A stretch of 54,960 nt of DNA from Armatimonadota bacterium (lineage in GTDB: Bacteria; Sysuimicrobiota; Sysuimicrobiia; Sysuimicrobiales; Kaftiobacteriaceae): assembly GCA_037440005.1 (NCBI GenBank), contig JBBIUY010000018.1, forward strand, positions 1 to 54,960, written 5' to 3'. Below, piece by piece: positions 10,817 through 21,373 of the stretch. The notes beneath the pieces were generated by a model. That model made no database searches. It saw only the letters and a list, made by a program, of their open reading frames with translations, and was not told the DNA's origin. The position numbers and the translations under genes are program-made. Within the stretch, counting starts at the first letter, position 1, and the number at the start of each line of letters is the position of its first letter.

Positions 10817-12070
10817 ATGAAGGTGGAGGTCCGCAGGGAGGCGCCGGCGCGGGCGGTTCTGGAAGTGGAGATCCCGCCCGAGACGGTCCGCCGGGGCGTG
10901 GAACGGGCGCTGCAGCGGGTGAACCAGCGGGTGGAGATCCCCGGGTTCCGCCGGGGCAAGGCGCCCCGGGCCCTGCTGGTGCGCCACGTGGGGTGGGAGA
11001 CCATCTCCGACGAGGCGGTGAAGCTGCTGGTCCCCGACGCTTACAGTGAGGCGGTGCGCCAGGCGGGCCTGCGTCCGCTGGCCCAGCCGGACATCCAGGT
11101 GGACGAGGTGGTGGAGGGCCAGCCGCTGCGGTTTGTGGCCACCGTGGACCTGGTCCCCGAGGTGGTCCTGGGCGACTACCGGGCCATCCGCATCGACCCC
11201 GCCGACCCCCGGGTCACCGACGTCGACGTGGAGGCGGCGCTGGAGGACCTGCGGGTGCGCCACGCGGTCCTGGAGGCCGTGCCCGCGGCCGCCGCGGACG
11301 GGGACTACGTCCTCATCCGCACGCGGGAGGTCACCGGCGCCGCAGGCCGCCTTCTGCCGGGCAAGGACTACCTGGTGGAGATCGGCGGCGGGGTGTACCC
11401 GGCCGAACTGGAGGCGTCCCTGACCGGCGCCCGGGCCGGCGAGCACCGCACCGTGAGCCTGGAAGGCGGGGCGCAGGTGACGGTGGAGGTGGTGGACGTC
11501 CGCCGCCGGAAGCTGCCCGAGCTGACCGACGACTTCGCCAGGGCGGCGGGCAGGGTGGAGACGCTGGACCAGCTGCGGGCGCAGCTGCGGGAGCGCCTGG
11601 ACCAGGAGGCGCGGGAGCGGGCGCGCCGCCAGGACGAGGAGCGGGCCCTGGAGGCCCTGCTGGCCGGCGCCCGGGTGGAGCTGCCGGCACGGTTGGTGGA
11701 CCACGAGGTCGACCACCTGGTGGAGGACCTCACCGAGTCGCTGGCGCGCCGCGGTCTCACCCTGGAGCGCTACCTGCAGCTGCAGGACAAGACCGACGCC
11801 CAGCTGCGGGAAGAGCTGCGGCCGGCGGCCGAGCGCCGGCTGCGCACCCGGCTGGCGCTGGACGAGGTGGCGCGGGCCGAAGGCCTGGATCCCACCCAGG
11901 AGGAGATCGATCGGGAGGTAGAGAACGTTGCCCGCGACCTGCGCCAGGACCTGTCCCAGGTGCGGCAGTGGCTGGAGCGGTCGGGCCGGCTGGAGGGTAT
12001 CCGGGCCGCCCTGCGGCGCCGGAAGGCCCTGGCCTTCCTGGTGGCCACGGCCCGGGGTGAGCGACCATGA
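10817..12070 (+). CDS. tig: Trigger factor
   Basis: [10 protein letters not shown] ribosome-binding motif; tRNA-Leu-tig-clpP-clpX order. Confidence 0.95.
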   Translation: MKVEVRREAPARAVLEVEIPPETVRRGVERALQRVNQRVEIPGFRRGKAPRALLVRHVGWETISDEAVKLLVPDAYSEAVRQAGLRPLAQPDIQVDEVVEGQPLRFVATVDLVPEVVLGDYRAIRIDPADPRVTDVDVEAALEDLRVRHAVLEAVPAAAADGDYVLIRTREVTGAAGRLLPGKDYLVEIGGGVYPAELEASLTGARAGEHRTVSLEGGAQVTVEVVDVRRRKLPELTDDFARAAGRVETLDQLRAQLRERLDQEARERARRQDEERALEALLAGARVELPARLVDHEVDHLVEDLTESLARRGLTLERYLQLQDKTDAQLREELRPAAERRLRTRLALDEVARAEGLDPTQEEIDREVENVARDLRQDLSQVRQWLERSGRLEGIRAALRRRKALAFLVATARGERP

Positions 12071-12678
12071 CGCTGGTTCCCATCGTGGTGGAACAGACCG
12101 CCCGGGGCGAGCGGGCTTACGACATCTACTCCCGCCTGCTGAAGGACCGCATCGTCTTCGTGGGCGGGCCCATCGACGACGACGTGGCCAACCTGGTGAT
12201 CGCCCAGCTGCTGTTCCTGGAGGGGGAGGACCCCGAGAAGGACATCTACCTGTACATCAACAGCCCCGGGGGCGTCCTACAGGCGGGGCTGGCCATTTAC
12301 GACACCATGCAGTACATCCGGCCCGACGTGGCGACCATCTGCGTGGGCCTGGCCGCCAGCGTGGCGGCCGTGATTCTGGCCGGCGGCGCCAAGGGCAAGC
12401 GGTCGGCCCTGCCGTACTCCCAGGTCCTCATCCACCAGCCCTGGGGAGGCGCCCAGGGGACGACGGCCGACATCGACATTCAGGCCAAACAGTTCCTCAA
12501 GCTGCGAGCCCTGGTGAACGAGATCCTGGCCAAACACACCGGCCAGCCGGTGGAACGCATCGAGCGCGACACCGACCGGGACTTCTGGATGGACGCCCAG
12601 GCGGCCAAGGAGTACGGGTTGATCGACGAGGTGATCAGGTACCGGGAGAAGGTCACCGCCGCTCCCCGGGATCGGTAG
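12067..12678 (+). CDS. clpP: ATP-dependent Clp protease proteolytic subunit
   Basis: [26 protein letters not shown] and DRD motifs. Confidence 0.98.
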   Translation: MTLVPIVVEQTARGERAYDIYSRLLKDRIVFVGGPIDDDVANLVIAQLLFLEGEDPEKDIYLYINSPGGVLQAGLAIYDTMQYIRPDVATICVGLAASVAAVILAGGAKGKRSALPYSQVLIHQPWGGAQGTTADIDIQAKQFLKLRALVNEILAKHTGQPVERIERDTDRDFWMDAQAAKEYGLIDEVIRYREKVTAAPRDR

Positions 12679-12682
12679 GGCC

Positions 12683-13963
12683 ATGACACGGGACCGGATG
12701 TTCCGTTTCGGGGACGGGGAGCGGCTCAAGTGCTCCTTCTGCGGCAAGTCCCAGGACCAGGTCCGCAAGCTGGTGGCCGGCCCCGGGGTGTACATCTGCG
12801 ACGAGTGCGTCGAGCTGTGCAACGAGATCATCGAGGAGGAGCTGTACGGCGAGACCGACGCCCCCGCCGCCCCCCGCCACACCCCCAAGCCCAAGGAGAT
12901 CTACGACACCCTCTGCCAGTACGTGGTGGGCCAGGACCGGGCCAAGAAGGCCCTGGCGGTGGCCGTCTACAACCACTTCAAGCGCATCGGCAGCCGCCGG
13001 TCCACCGACGTGGAGCTGCAGAAGTCCAACATCCTGCTCATCGGCCCCACCGGGTGCGGCAAGACCCTGCTGGCCCAGACCCTGGCCAAGATCCTGGACG
13101 TGCCCTTCGCCATCGCCGACGCCACGTCCCTGACCGAGGCGGGCTACGTGGGGGAGGACGTGGAGAACATCCTCCTGCGCCTGATCCAGGCCGCCGACTT
13201 CGACGTGAAGAAGGCCGAGCGGGGCATCATCTACATCGACGAGACCGACAAGATCGCCCGCAAGTCCGAAAACCCCAGCATCACCCGGGACGTCTCCGGC
13301 GAGGGCGTCCAGCAGGCGCTGCTGAAGATCCTGGAGGGGACGGTGGCGAACGTGCCGCCCCAGGGCGGCCGCAAGCACCCCCACCAGGAGTTCATCCAGA
13401 TCGACACCACCAACATCCTGTTCATCTGCGGGGGGGCGTTCGAGGGCCTGGACCGCATCATCGAGTCCCGGCTGCGGCAGACCACCATCGGGTTCGGGGC
13501 CCGCATCGAGCCCCGGACCAAGCGGTCTTTGGCCGAGATCCTCTCCCACGTGATGCCCCAGGACCTGCTGCGGTACGGCATGATCCCCGAGTTCATCGGC
13601 CGGCTGCCCATCATCGTGCCCCTGGACCCCCTGGACGAGGCCGACCTGGTGCGCATCCTGGTGGAGCCCCGCAACGCCCTGGTGCGCCAGTACCAGAAGA
13701 TCCTGGAGATGGACGGCGTGGAGCTGGTGTTCACCGACGACGCCCTGCGGGCCATCGCCCGGGAAGCCCTGGCCCGCAACACCGGCGCCCGGGGACTGCG
13801 CACCATCATCGAGGACATCATGCTCAACATCATGTACGAGATCCCTTCCCGCCCCGACGTCAAGCGCTGTGTCGTCACCGAGGACGCGGTGCTGCGGCGG
13901 AGCGAGCCCCTGCTGATGACCGCCTCCGACCTCAAGCGCGCGGCCAAAGACAGGCCCGCCTGA
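12683..13963 (+). CDS. clpX: Clp protease ATPase subunit
   Basis: CSFC...CDEC zinc domain, [19 protein letters not shown] loop. Confidence 0.98.
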   Translation: MTRDRMFRFGDGERLKCSFCGKSQDQVRKLVAGPGVYICDECVELCNEIIEEELYGETDAPAAPRHTPKPKEIYDTLCQYVVGQDRAKKALAVAVYNHFKRIGSRRSTDVELQKSNILLIGPTGCGKTLLAQTLAKILDVPFAIADATSLTEAGYVGEDVENILLRLIQAADFDVKKAERGIIYIDETDKIARKSENPSITRDVSGEGVQQALLKILEGTVANVPPQGGRKHPHQEFIQIDTTNILFICGGAFEGLDRIIESRLRQTTIGFGARIEPRTKRSLAEILSHVMPQDLLRYGMIPEFIGRLPIIVPLDPLDEADLVRILVEPRNALVRQYQKILEMDGVELVFTDDALRAIAREALARNTGARGLRTIIEDIMLNIMYEIPSRPDVKRCVVTEDAVLRRSEPLLMTASDLKRAAKDRPA

Positions 13964-14003
13964 CCCGGACCGCCCCGTGTCTGGGCCGGGGCGGAGGCGG
14001 GCA

Positions 14004-14012
14004 TGGTACAAT
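14004..14012 (+). promoter_or_regulatory. Extended -10 promoter upstream of lon
   Basis: TGgTACAAT in an otherwise very GC-rich intergenic region. Confidence 0.6.
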
Positions 14013-14155
14013 GAATATTTGGGCGGGCCCCTCGGGCGGCCCGCTCCGCGGGCCGCGGGGGGATTCGGGTCCCCCCGCGATGTTTGTGGGGCCGCCGGAT
14101 GCAGGACCGCCGGTGGAGGCGTCCTGGCCGGGCGGCCCCGACACGAGGAGGATCC

Positions 14156-16570
14156 ATGGCCGAACGCGCCGAGACGCCGATCCGCGACGTCCTGCCCCTG
14201 CTGCCGCTGAAGGGCACCGTGATCATGCCCCGCCAGGTGGCTCCCCTGGGCGTGGGACGCCCCAAGTCCCTGCGCGCCCTGGAGGCGGCCCTGGCCGCAG
14301 ACCGGACGATCCTGCTGACGGCCCAGAAGCAGGAAGACCTGGACGACCCCACCCCGGCCGACATCTACACGGTGGGGACCGTGTGCCGCATCCTCCAGGT
14401 GGGCCGGCAGCCCGACGGCGTCCTGCAGGTGGTGGTGGAGGGGGTGGTCCGGGCCGAGGTGCGGGCCGTGGAGCGCACCGACCCCTACTTCGAGGTCCGG
14501 GTGGCCCTGCGGCCGGACCCGGTGGACAGGAGCCTGGAGGTGGAGGCCCTGGTCCGGGGCGTGCTGTCCCAGTTCGAGCGGTTCGCCCGCCTCAGCCGGG
14601 CGGTGCCGCCCGAGCAGTACACCGCCATCACCCAGGCCGACGACCCGGGGACCCTGGCCGACCTGGTGGCCCCCCACCTGCCCATCAAGCTGGAGGAGCG
14701 CCAGCAGCTGCTGGAGGCCCCGCCCCGGGACCGGCTGGACCTGCTGAGCCAGATCCTCTCCCGCGAGATCAGCATCCTGGAGCTGGAGCGCAAGATCCAG
14801 AACCGGGTGCGCAAGCAGATGGAGAAGAGCCAGCGGGAGTACTTCCTCAAGGAGCAGATGAAGGCCATCCAGCAGGAGCTGGGGGAGATCGACGAGCGCG
14901 CCAGCGAGGTGGCCGAATACCGCAAGAAGATCGAGGCCGCCCACCTGCCCGACCACGTCCGGGAGAAGGCGCTGGAGGAACTGGCCCGCCTGGAGAAGAT
15001 GCCGCCCATGGTGGCGGAGGCGGTGGTGGTGCGGACGTACCTGGACTGGCTGCTGGCGGTGCCCTGGTCGGTGCGGACCGAGGACCGGCTGGACATCGCC
15101 GAAGCCCGCCGCATCCTGGACGAGGACCACTACGGGCTGGAGAAGGCCAAGGAGCGGGTCATCGAGTACCTGGCGGTGCGCACCCTGGCCCCCACCAGCA
15201 AGGGGCCCATCCTGTGCTTCATCGGGCCGCCGGGGGTCGGCAAGACGTCCCTGGGGCGGTCCATCGCCCGGGCCCTGGGGCGCAAGTTCGTCCGGGTGAG
15301 CCTGGGAGGGGTCCGGGACGAGGCGGAGATCCGCGGCCACCGCCGGACCTACGTGGGGGCGCTGCCCGGGCGCATCGTCCAGGGTCTGAAGACCGCCGGC
15401 AGCAAGAACCCGGTCTTCATGCTGGACGAGATCGACAAGCTGGGCGTGGACTGGCGGGGGGACCCGTCGTCGGCCCTGCTGGAGGCCCTGGACCCGGAGC
15501 AGAACCACAGCTTCAGCGACCACTACCTGGAGCTGCCCCTGGACCTGTCCGAGGTGATGTTCATCTGCACCGGGAACATCCTGGACACCATCCCGCCGGC
15601 GCTGCGGGACCGGCTGGAGGTGATCCGCTTCCCCGGCTACATCGAGGAGGAGAAGCTGAAGATCGCCACCCAGTTCCTGGTGCCCAAGCAGCTGCGGGAG
15701 AACGGCCTGCGGGCCGACCAGGTGACCCTCACCGAGGAGGCCCTGCGCCGGATCGTCCGGGAGTACACCCGGGAGGCGGGGGTCCGTAACCTGGAGCGGG
15801 AGATCGCCACCATCTTCCGCAAGGTGGCCACCGAGGTGGCCACCGGCCGGGCCACCCGGGTGAAGGTGACCCCCGCCCGGCTGCGGCGGTTTTTGGGCCC
15901 GCCGCGGTTCCGCTACGGGGTCGCCGAGCAGTCCGACGAGGTGGGCGCGGCCACCGGGCTCATCTACAGCGAGATGGGCGGCGACGTGGTGACGGTGGAA
16001 GCCACCCTGATGCGCGGGGAGGGCAAACTCATCCTCACGGGCCAGCTGGGCGACGTGCTGAAGGAGTCCGGCCAGGCGGCCCTGACCTACGTGCGCTCCC
16101 GGTCCCGGCGGCTGGGGGTGGACGAGGAGTGGTACACCAAGTACGACGTGCACATCCACATTCCCGCCGGCGCCGTGCCCAAGGACGGCCCGTCGGCGGG
16201 AATCACCCTCGCCACCGCCCTGGCGTCGGCGGTGACCGGGCGGCCGGTCCGCAAGGACGTGGCCATGACCGGCGAGATCACCCTGCGGGGCAAGGTCCTG
16301 CCCATCGGAGGCGTCAAGGAGAAGGTCCTGGCGGCCCACCGGGCCGGCATCAAGACGGTCATCCTGCCCAAGGAGAACGAGAAGGACCTGGAGGAGATCC
16401 CGCCCCACGTCCGCCAGCGGCTGCGGTTTGTCCTGGTGGACCACGTGGACCAGGTCCTGGCCGAAGCCCTGCTGCCCGTCCCGGCCCCCGGGGCCCGGGA
16501 CCTGATCCCGCCCCCGGCCCTGGAGCCCCTGCGGCCGACTCCTCAGCCCACCCAGCAGATGATGGCGTGA
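14156..16570 (+). CDS. lon: Lon protease
   Basis: [24 protein letters not shown] and GGVKEK motifs; GAGGAGG RBS. Confidence 0.98.
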   Translation: MAERAETPIRDVLPLLPLKGTVIMPRQVAPLGVGRPKSLRALEAALAADRTILLTAQKQEDLDDPTPADIYTVGTVCRILQVGRQPDGVLQVVVEGVVRAEVRAVERTDPYFEVRVALRPDPVDRSLEVEALVRGVLSQFERFARLSRAVPPEQYTAITQADDPGTLADLVAPHLPIKLEERQQLLEAPPRDRLDLLSQILSREISILELERKIQNRVRKQMEKSQREYFLKEQMKAIQQELGEIDERASEVAEYRKKIEAAHLPDHVREKALEELARLEKMPPMVAEAVVVRTYLDWLLAVPWSVRTEDRLDIAEARRILDEDHYGLEKAKERVIEYLAVRTLAPTSKGPILCFIGPPGVGKTSLGRSIARALGRKFVRVSLGGVRDEAEIRGHRRTYVGALPGRIVQGLKTAGSKNPVFMLDEIDKLGVDWRGDPSSALLEALDPEQNHSFSDHYLELPLDLSEVMFICTGNILDTIPPALRDRLEVIRFPGYIEEEKLKIATQFLVPKQLRENGLRADQVTLTEEALRRIVREYTREAGVRNLEREIATIFRKVATEVATGRATRVKVTPARLRRFLGPPRFRYGVAEQSDEVGAATGLIYSEMGGDVVTVEATLMRGEGKLILTGQLGDVLKESGQAALTYVRSRSRRLGVDEEWYTKYDVHIHIPAGAVPKDGPSAGITLATALASAVTGRPVRKDVAMTGEITLRGKVLPIGGVKEKVLAAHRAGIKTVILPKENEKDLEEIPPHVRQRLRFVLVDHVDQVLAEALLPVPAPGARDLIPPPALEPLRPTPQPTQQMMA

Positions 16571-16576
16571 CGGAGA

Positions 16577-16656
16577 GGGAAGAGGGAAGAACCTCCTCCC
16601 TTCTCCCTTCATCCTTCACCCTTCTTCCCTCTTCCTTCTTCCCTCTTCCCTCCCCC
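16577..16656. repeat. Purine then pyrimidine heptamer repeat tract
   Basis: (GGGAAGA)x2, followed by about 9 degenerate CCYTCWY heptamers. Confidence 0.8.
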
Positions 16657-16657
16657 G

Positions 16658-16673
16658 TGGCACGCCCCTTGCT
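16658..16673 (+). promoter_or_regulatory. Sigma54 (-24/-12) promoter of pilB1
   Basis: TGGCACGCCCCTTGCT matches the consensus TGGCACG-N4-TTGC. Confidence 0.85.
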
Positions 16674-16691
16674 CTGAAAGGCGGGTGTCCC

Positions 16692-18416
16692 ATGGCCACG
16701 GCGCGGGCGTATCCGACCAGGTCAGCCAAGCGGCTGGGCGAACTGCTGCTGGAAGCCGGCGCGATCACCCGGGCCCAGCTGGACGACGCCCTGGAGGAGC
16801 AGAAGCGCACCGGTAAGCGGCTGGCCCAGATCTTCATCGACAGGGGGCTGCTGGCCAAAGGCGAGGCCGGCCGGTGGCTCGCCCTGCAGCAGGGCTACGA
16901 GTACGTGAACCTCACCGCCGAGCCCATCGACGTCCGCATCGCCCAGCTGCTGCCCGAGCCCTTCATCCGCCGCCTGATGGCCCTGCCCATCCGCCAGGAA
17001 GGCACCGACCTGGTGGTGGCCATGGCCGATCCCTCGGACATCCTGGCCATCGACGAGATCGCTCGCGCCACGGGATTGCGGGTGCAGCCGGTGTTCACCA
17101 CCGAAAGCGACCTGGAGTGGGCGCTGGGTCAGCTGTTTGGCGATGTGGCCGGCAAGATCAACAAGGCCGCCAGCCTGGTGGACACCATCGAGTTCGGCCA
17201 CGCCCGCGACGGGGAGGGGCCCGACGAGAGCATCGTCGTCCTGGGCAACGAGTCCTCGCCCCCGGTCATCCAGATGGTGGACTCGATCCTGCAGGCCGCC
17301 ATCACCTCGCGCACCACCGACATCCACCTGGAGCCCCAGCTCCACCAGGCGCGGGTCCGGTTCCGCATCGACGGCATGCTGTACGACAAGGCCACCATCC
17401 CCCGGCTGCTGTACGCCGCGGTGGTGAGCCGCATCAAGGTCCTGGCGGCCCTGGACATCGCCGAGCACAACAAGCCCCAGGACGGGCGCATCACCATGCG
17501 GCTGCGGGACCGGGAGTACGACGTGCGGGTGGGCATCACCAGCACCGCCTTCGGCGAGCGGGTGGTCATGCGGCTGCTGGACAAGAGCAACGTGATGCTG
17601 GGACTGGACCGCCTGGGCATCCCGCCCGAGCAGGAGCAGCTGATCCAGAGCCTGATCCGCAAGCCCCACGGCATGATCCTGGTCACCGGGCCCACCGGCA
17701 GCGGCAAGACCACCACCCTGTACTCCTGCCTGCACGCCATCAACGACCCGTCCCGGAACATCATCACCATCGAGGACCCCATCGAGTACTACCTGGAGGG
17801 GATCTCCCAGATCCCGGTGCGGCCCCGGGCGGGGGTGACGTTCGCCACGGGCCTGCGCAGCATTCTGCGCCAGGACCCCGACGTGGTGATGGTGGGGGAG
17901 ATCCGGGACGCCGAGACCGCCAAGATCTCGGTGCACGCGGCCCTGACGGGCCACCTGGTGTTCAGCACCCTGCACACCAACGACGCCGCCGGATCGGTGG
18001 TACGGCTGGTGGACATGGGCATCGAGCCCTACTTCATCACGTCCTGCCTGATCGCCACCATCGGCCAGCGGCTGATGCGCCGCCTGTGCCCCGCCTGCAA
18101 GCAGCCCTACCCGGTCACCCGGGACCTGGTCACCGAGCTGGGGCTGCCCCCGGACAGCACCGCCACCCTGTACCGCCCGGTCGGGTGCCCCGAGTGCGAC
18201 CGCACGGGGTACCGGGGCCGGTTCTGCGTCATGGAGATCTTCCGGATGACCGACGCCATCCGCGAGCTGGTCCTGGCCCACAAGCCCGCCACCGCCCTGC
18301 GGGACGCCGCCGTGGCCGCCGGGATGACCACCATCCAGGACGCGGCCCGCGCCCGGGTCCTGGACGGCACCACCAGCGTGGAGGAGCTGCGCCGGGTCAT
18401 CTACGTGGACGAGTAG
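16692..18416 (+). CDS. pilB: PilB/GspE extension ATPase, copy 1, with MshEN domain
   Basis: RLGELLLEAG N-terminus, GPTGSGKTT, LRQDPD, CxxC...CxxC, GYRGR. Confidence 0.9.
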   Translation: MATARAYPTRSAKRLGELLLEAGAITRAQLDDALEEQKRTGKRLAQIFIDRGLLAKGEAGRWLALQQGYEYVNLTAEPIDVRIAQLLPEPFIRRLMALPIRQEGTDLVVAMADPSDILAIDEIARATGLRVQPVFTTESDLEWALGQLFGDVAGKINKAASLVDTIEFGHARDGEGPDESIVVLGNESSPPVIQMVDSILQAAITSRTTDIHLEPQLHQARVRFRIDGMLYDKATIPRLLYAAVVSRIKVLAALDIAEHNKPQDGRITMRLRDREYDVRVGITSTAFGERVVMRLLDKSNVMLGLDRLGIPPEQEQLIQSLIRKPHGMILVTGPTGSGKTTTLYSCLHAINDPSRNIITIEDPIEYYLEGISQIPVRPRAGVTFATGLRSILRQDPDVVMVGEIRDAETAKISVHAALTGHLVFSTLHTNDAAGSVVRLVDMGIEPYFITSCLIATIGQRLMRRLCPACKQPYPVTRDLVTELGLPPDSTATLYRPVGCPECDRTGYRGRFCVMEIFRMTDAIRELVLAHKPATALRDAAVAAGMTTIQDAARARVLDGTTSVEELRRVIYVDE

Positions 18417-18439
18417 CCCGGCTGTGGTATAATAGCCGC

Positions 18440-18680
18440 CAAGCGATGACGGGGAGGAGTACCCGCGGGCCCTCCCAGAGAGGGACGCGTGCGGCTGGGA
18501 GGCGTCCCGTGACGGCCCGCGGGGAAGGTCGCCCCGGAGCGTGACCGCCGGCGGGCCGCCCGCGGCGGTCCGGACGCGCCCGTGACCGCGCCCAGAGCGC
18601 CGCGCCCTCATCGGCGCGGAAGGCAGGTGGTACCGCGGGGCAGGACGCCCCGTCCTGAACGGACGGGGCGTTTGTCATTG
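18440..18680 (+). promoter_or_regulatory. Val T-box riboswitch with terminator
   Basis: TGTGgTATAAT at 18423-18433; stem I with AGTA and GCTG motifs; specifier GTC (18528-18530); T-box AAGGCAGGTGGTACCGCG; terminator GACGCCCCGTCC/GGACGGGGCGTTT. Confidence 0.93.
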
Positions 18681-18703
18681 GGGCCCAGGCCCGGGAGGAG
18701 ACC

Positions 18704-21373
18704 GTGGCCCGGACGACGATCCCGACCACGTACGACCCGCGCCAGGTGGAGGTGGCGCGCTACCGGATCTGGAAGGAGGCGGGCTACTTTCGGGCCGTGC
18801 CCGACCCGGCGCGCCGGCCGTGGGCGGTGATGATGCCGCTGCCCAACGTGACCGGTGAGCTGCACATCGGGCACGCGCTGAACAACAGCGTCCAGGACGT
18901 GCTGACCCGCTTCCGCCGCATGCAGGGATTCTGCGCCCTCTACCAGCCTGGCACCGACCACGCCGGCATCGCCACCCAGAACGTGGTGGAGCGGGAGCTG
19001 GCCCGGGAGGGCCTACGGCGGGAGGACCTGGGACGGGAGAAGTTCCAGGAGCGGGTGTGGGCCTGGGTCCGCAAGTACGGCAGCATCATCTACAGCCAGC
19101 TGGAGCGGCTGGGGATCTCCTGCGACTGGGACCGCAAGGTGTTCACTCTGGACCCGGACTACTCCCGGGCGGTCCTGGAGGCCTTCGTCCGCCTGTACCG
19201 CAAGGGCCTGATCTACCGCGGCCGTCACATGGTGAACTGGTGCCCCCGGTGCGAGACGGTGATCTCGGACCTGGAGGTGGTGCACGAGGAGGTGGACTCC
19301 TCCCTGTGGTACGTGCGCTACCCGGGTGCCGACGGAGGTCCGGGGGTGGTGGTGGCCACCCAGCGGCCGGAGACGATCCTGGCCGACGTGGCCGTGGCCG
19401 TCCACCCCGCCGACGACCGCTACCGACACCTGGTGGGCACCACGGTCCTGGTCCCCCTGGTCCGCCGGCCGGTGCCGGTGATCGCCGATCCCCGGGTGGA
19501 CCCGGCGTTCGGCACCGGCGCCGTGAAGATCACCCCGGGCCACGACCCCCTGGACCACGAGATCGGGGCCGACCACCGCCTGCCGACCCTGGTGGTGCTG
19601 GACTCGCGGGGGAGGATGACCGGGGAGGCGGGCCGGTACGCCGGACTGGACCGCCTGGCGGCCCGGGAGGCGGTGGCCGTCGACCTGCAGGAGGCCGGTC
19701 TGCTGGAGCGGGTGGAGCCCTACCGCTCCAGCGTGGGGCACTGCGACCGGTGCCACACGGTCATCGAGCCCTCCATCAGCGACCAGTGGTTCCTGGACGT
19801 GGCGGAGATGGCCCGGCGCGCCGCCGACGCCATCCGGGCCGGGCGGGTGCGCTTTCACCCGCAGCGGTGGACCAAGGTGGCCCTGGACTGGCTGGACGGC
19901 ATCCGGCCCTGGGTGATCTCCCGCCAGCTGTGGTGGGGGCACCGGATCCCCGTCTGGCAGTGCGCGGCCTGCGGCGAGCGGACGGCCGACACGGCCGCGC
20001 CGGCCGCCTGCCCGCGCTGCGGGGGGGCGGACCTGGTCCAGGACCCGGACGTGCTGGACACCTGGTTCAGTTCGGCCCTGTGGCCCCTGGCGACTCTGGG
20101 ATGGCCCCGGGACACCGCGGACCTGCGCTACTTTTACCCCACCAGCGTCCTGGTCACCGACCGGGGGATCATCTTCCTGTGGGTGTGCCGGATGATCATG
20201 TTCGGCCTGGAGTTCATGGGCGAGGTGCCCTTCGCCGACGTGTACATCCACCCCACGGTCCTCACCCTCACCGGCCAGCGGATGAGCAAGTCCCTGGGCA
20301 CCGGCATCGACCCCCTGGAGATGGCCGACGGCCGCGGCTACGGCGCCGACGCGGTGCGCTTCGCGCTGATCTCCCGGTGCTCCCAGGCCCAGCAGGACAT
20401 GCGCTTTGGCGAGAAGATGATCGAGGACGTCCGGAACTTCAACACCAAGCTGTGGAACGCCACCCGATTCGTCCTGCTGCACCTGGACGGCTTCGACCAC
20501 CGGGCCCCGGCGCCCGCGCCGGCGGCCCTGTCGACGGCGGACCGCTGGATCCGCAGCCGCCACGCCCGCCTGGCCGGCGAGGTCACCGCCCTGCTGGAGG
20601 CCTACGAGTTCGACAAGGCCGCGCGCGCCCTGTACGACTTCATCTGGGGGGAGTTCTGCGACTGGTACGTGGAGATGGCCAAGGCCGACCTCCAGCGGGA
20701 GGCGGGGGACCCGGTCCGCCGCCACGCCGTCCAGCACACCCTGTGGGTGGTGCTGTCCCGGACCGTCCAGCTCCTGCACCCCATCATGCCCTTCATCACC
20801 GAGGAGGTCTGGCAGCTGCTGCCCCACGACGGCCCCAGCATCATGGTCTCCCCGTGGCCGCAGCCCGACCCCGGGTGGGTGGACCACCAGGCGGAGGCGG
20901 AGGTGGCGGTGGTCAAGGACACCATCCGGGCGATCCGCAGCTTGCGGGCGGAGCTGGCCCTGCCCCCGGGGCGGCGCGTCCCGGTGCGCCTGCGGGCAGA
21001 CGGGCCGACCCGGGCCATGCTCGAGCGCGCCCGGCCGTACCTGGCCGACCTGGCCCGCGCCGAGCCCGTCCACCTGGACGACCCGGCCGTCCCCCGCCCG
21101 GCCGGGTGCGCCGCCGCCGTGCTACCGCAGGTGGAGGTCCTGCTGCCGCTGGCGGGCCTGGTGGACGCGGCGCGGGAGCAGGCGCGGCTGCGCAAGACGG
21201 TGGACCAGGTGGAGGCGGAGATCCGGCGGCTGGAGGGGCGGTTGCAGGACCACGAGTTCACCGCGCGGGCGCCGGCCGAGATCGTGGCCCAGCAGCGCCA
21301 GCGGGCGGAGGAGCTGCGGGTTCGCGCCCGTCGGATCCGCGAACTGCTCGAGGCGCTGGCGGCGGAGGGCTGA
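18704..21373 (+). CDS. valS: Valine--tRNA ligase
   Basis: HIGH, DHAGIATQ, WVISRQLWWGH, DTWFSS, RMSKS, C-terminal coiled coil. Confidence 0.98.
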   Translation: MARTTIPTTYDPRQVEVARYRIWKEAGYFRAVPDPARRPWAVMMPLPNVTGELHIGHALNNSVQDVLTRFRRMQGFCALYQPGTDHAGIATQNVVERELAREGLRREDLGREKFQERVWAWVRKYGSIIYSQLERLGISCDWDRKVFTLDPDYSRAVLEAFVRLYRKGLIYRGRHMVNWCPRCETVISDLEVVHEEVDSSLWYVRYPGADGGPGVVVATQRPETILADVAVAVHPADDRYRHLVGTTVLVPLVRRPVPVIADPRVDPAFGTGAVKITPGHDPLDHEIGADHRLPTLVVLDSRGRMTGEAGRYAGLDRLAAREAVAVDLQEAGLLERVEPYRSSVGHCDRCHTVIEPSISDQWFLDVAEMARRAADAIRAGRVRFHPQRWTKVALDWLDGIRPWVISRQLWWGHRIPVWQCAACGERTADTAAPAACPRCGGADLVQDPDVLDTWFSSALWPLATLGWPRDTADLRYFYPTSVLVTDRGIIFLWVCRMIMFGLEFMGEVPFADVYIHPTVLTLTGQRMSKSLGTGIDPLEMADGRGYGADAVRFALISRCSQAQQDMRFGEKMIEDVRNFNTKLWNATRFVLLHLDGFDHRAPAPAPAALSTADRWIRSRHARLAGEVTALLEAYEFDKAARALYDFIWGEFCDWYVEMAKADLQREAGDPVRRHAVQHTLWVVLSRTVQLLHPIMPFITEEVWQLLPHDGPSIMVSPWPQPDPGWVDHQAEAEVAVVKDTIRAIRSLRAELALPPGRRVPVRLRADGPTRAMLERARPYLADLARAEPVHLDDPAVPRPAGCAAAVLPQVEVLLPLAGLVDAAREQARLRKTVDQVEAEIRRLEGRLQDHEFTARAPAEIVAQQRQRAEELRVRARRIRELLEALAAEG

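Noticed and set aside
12340..13260. ClpP AASVA and ClpX DETDK deviations
   Set aside because: Catalytic Ser/His/Asp and the Walker B acidic residues are intact; ordinary variation.
12653..16612. Very long antisense and alternate-frame ORFs (e.g. 1319 aa here, also 7669-11049 and 42220-45447)
   Set aside because: Shadow ORFs caused by high GC and codon bias opposite clearly identified genes; no motifs.
10608..16656. Short repeats as a CRISPR array
   Set aside because: 7-nt tandem units with no spacers and no cas genes.
19057..21369. 1299-aa ORF suggesting a valS frameshift fusion with the HEAT protein
   Set aside because: The upstream part is low-complexity off-frame valS sequence. valS is complete with its own stop, and I saw no slippery site.
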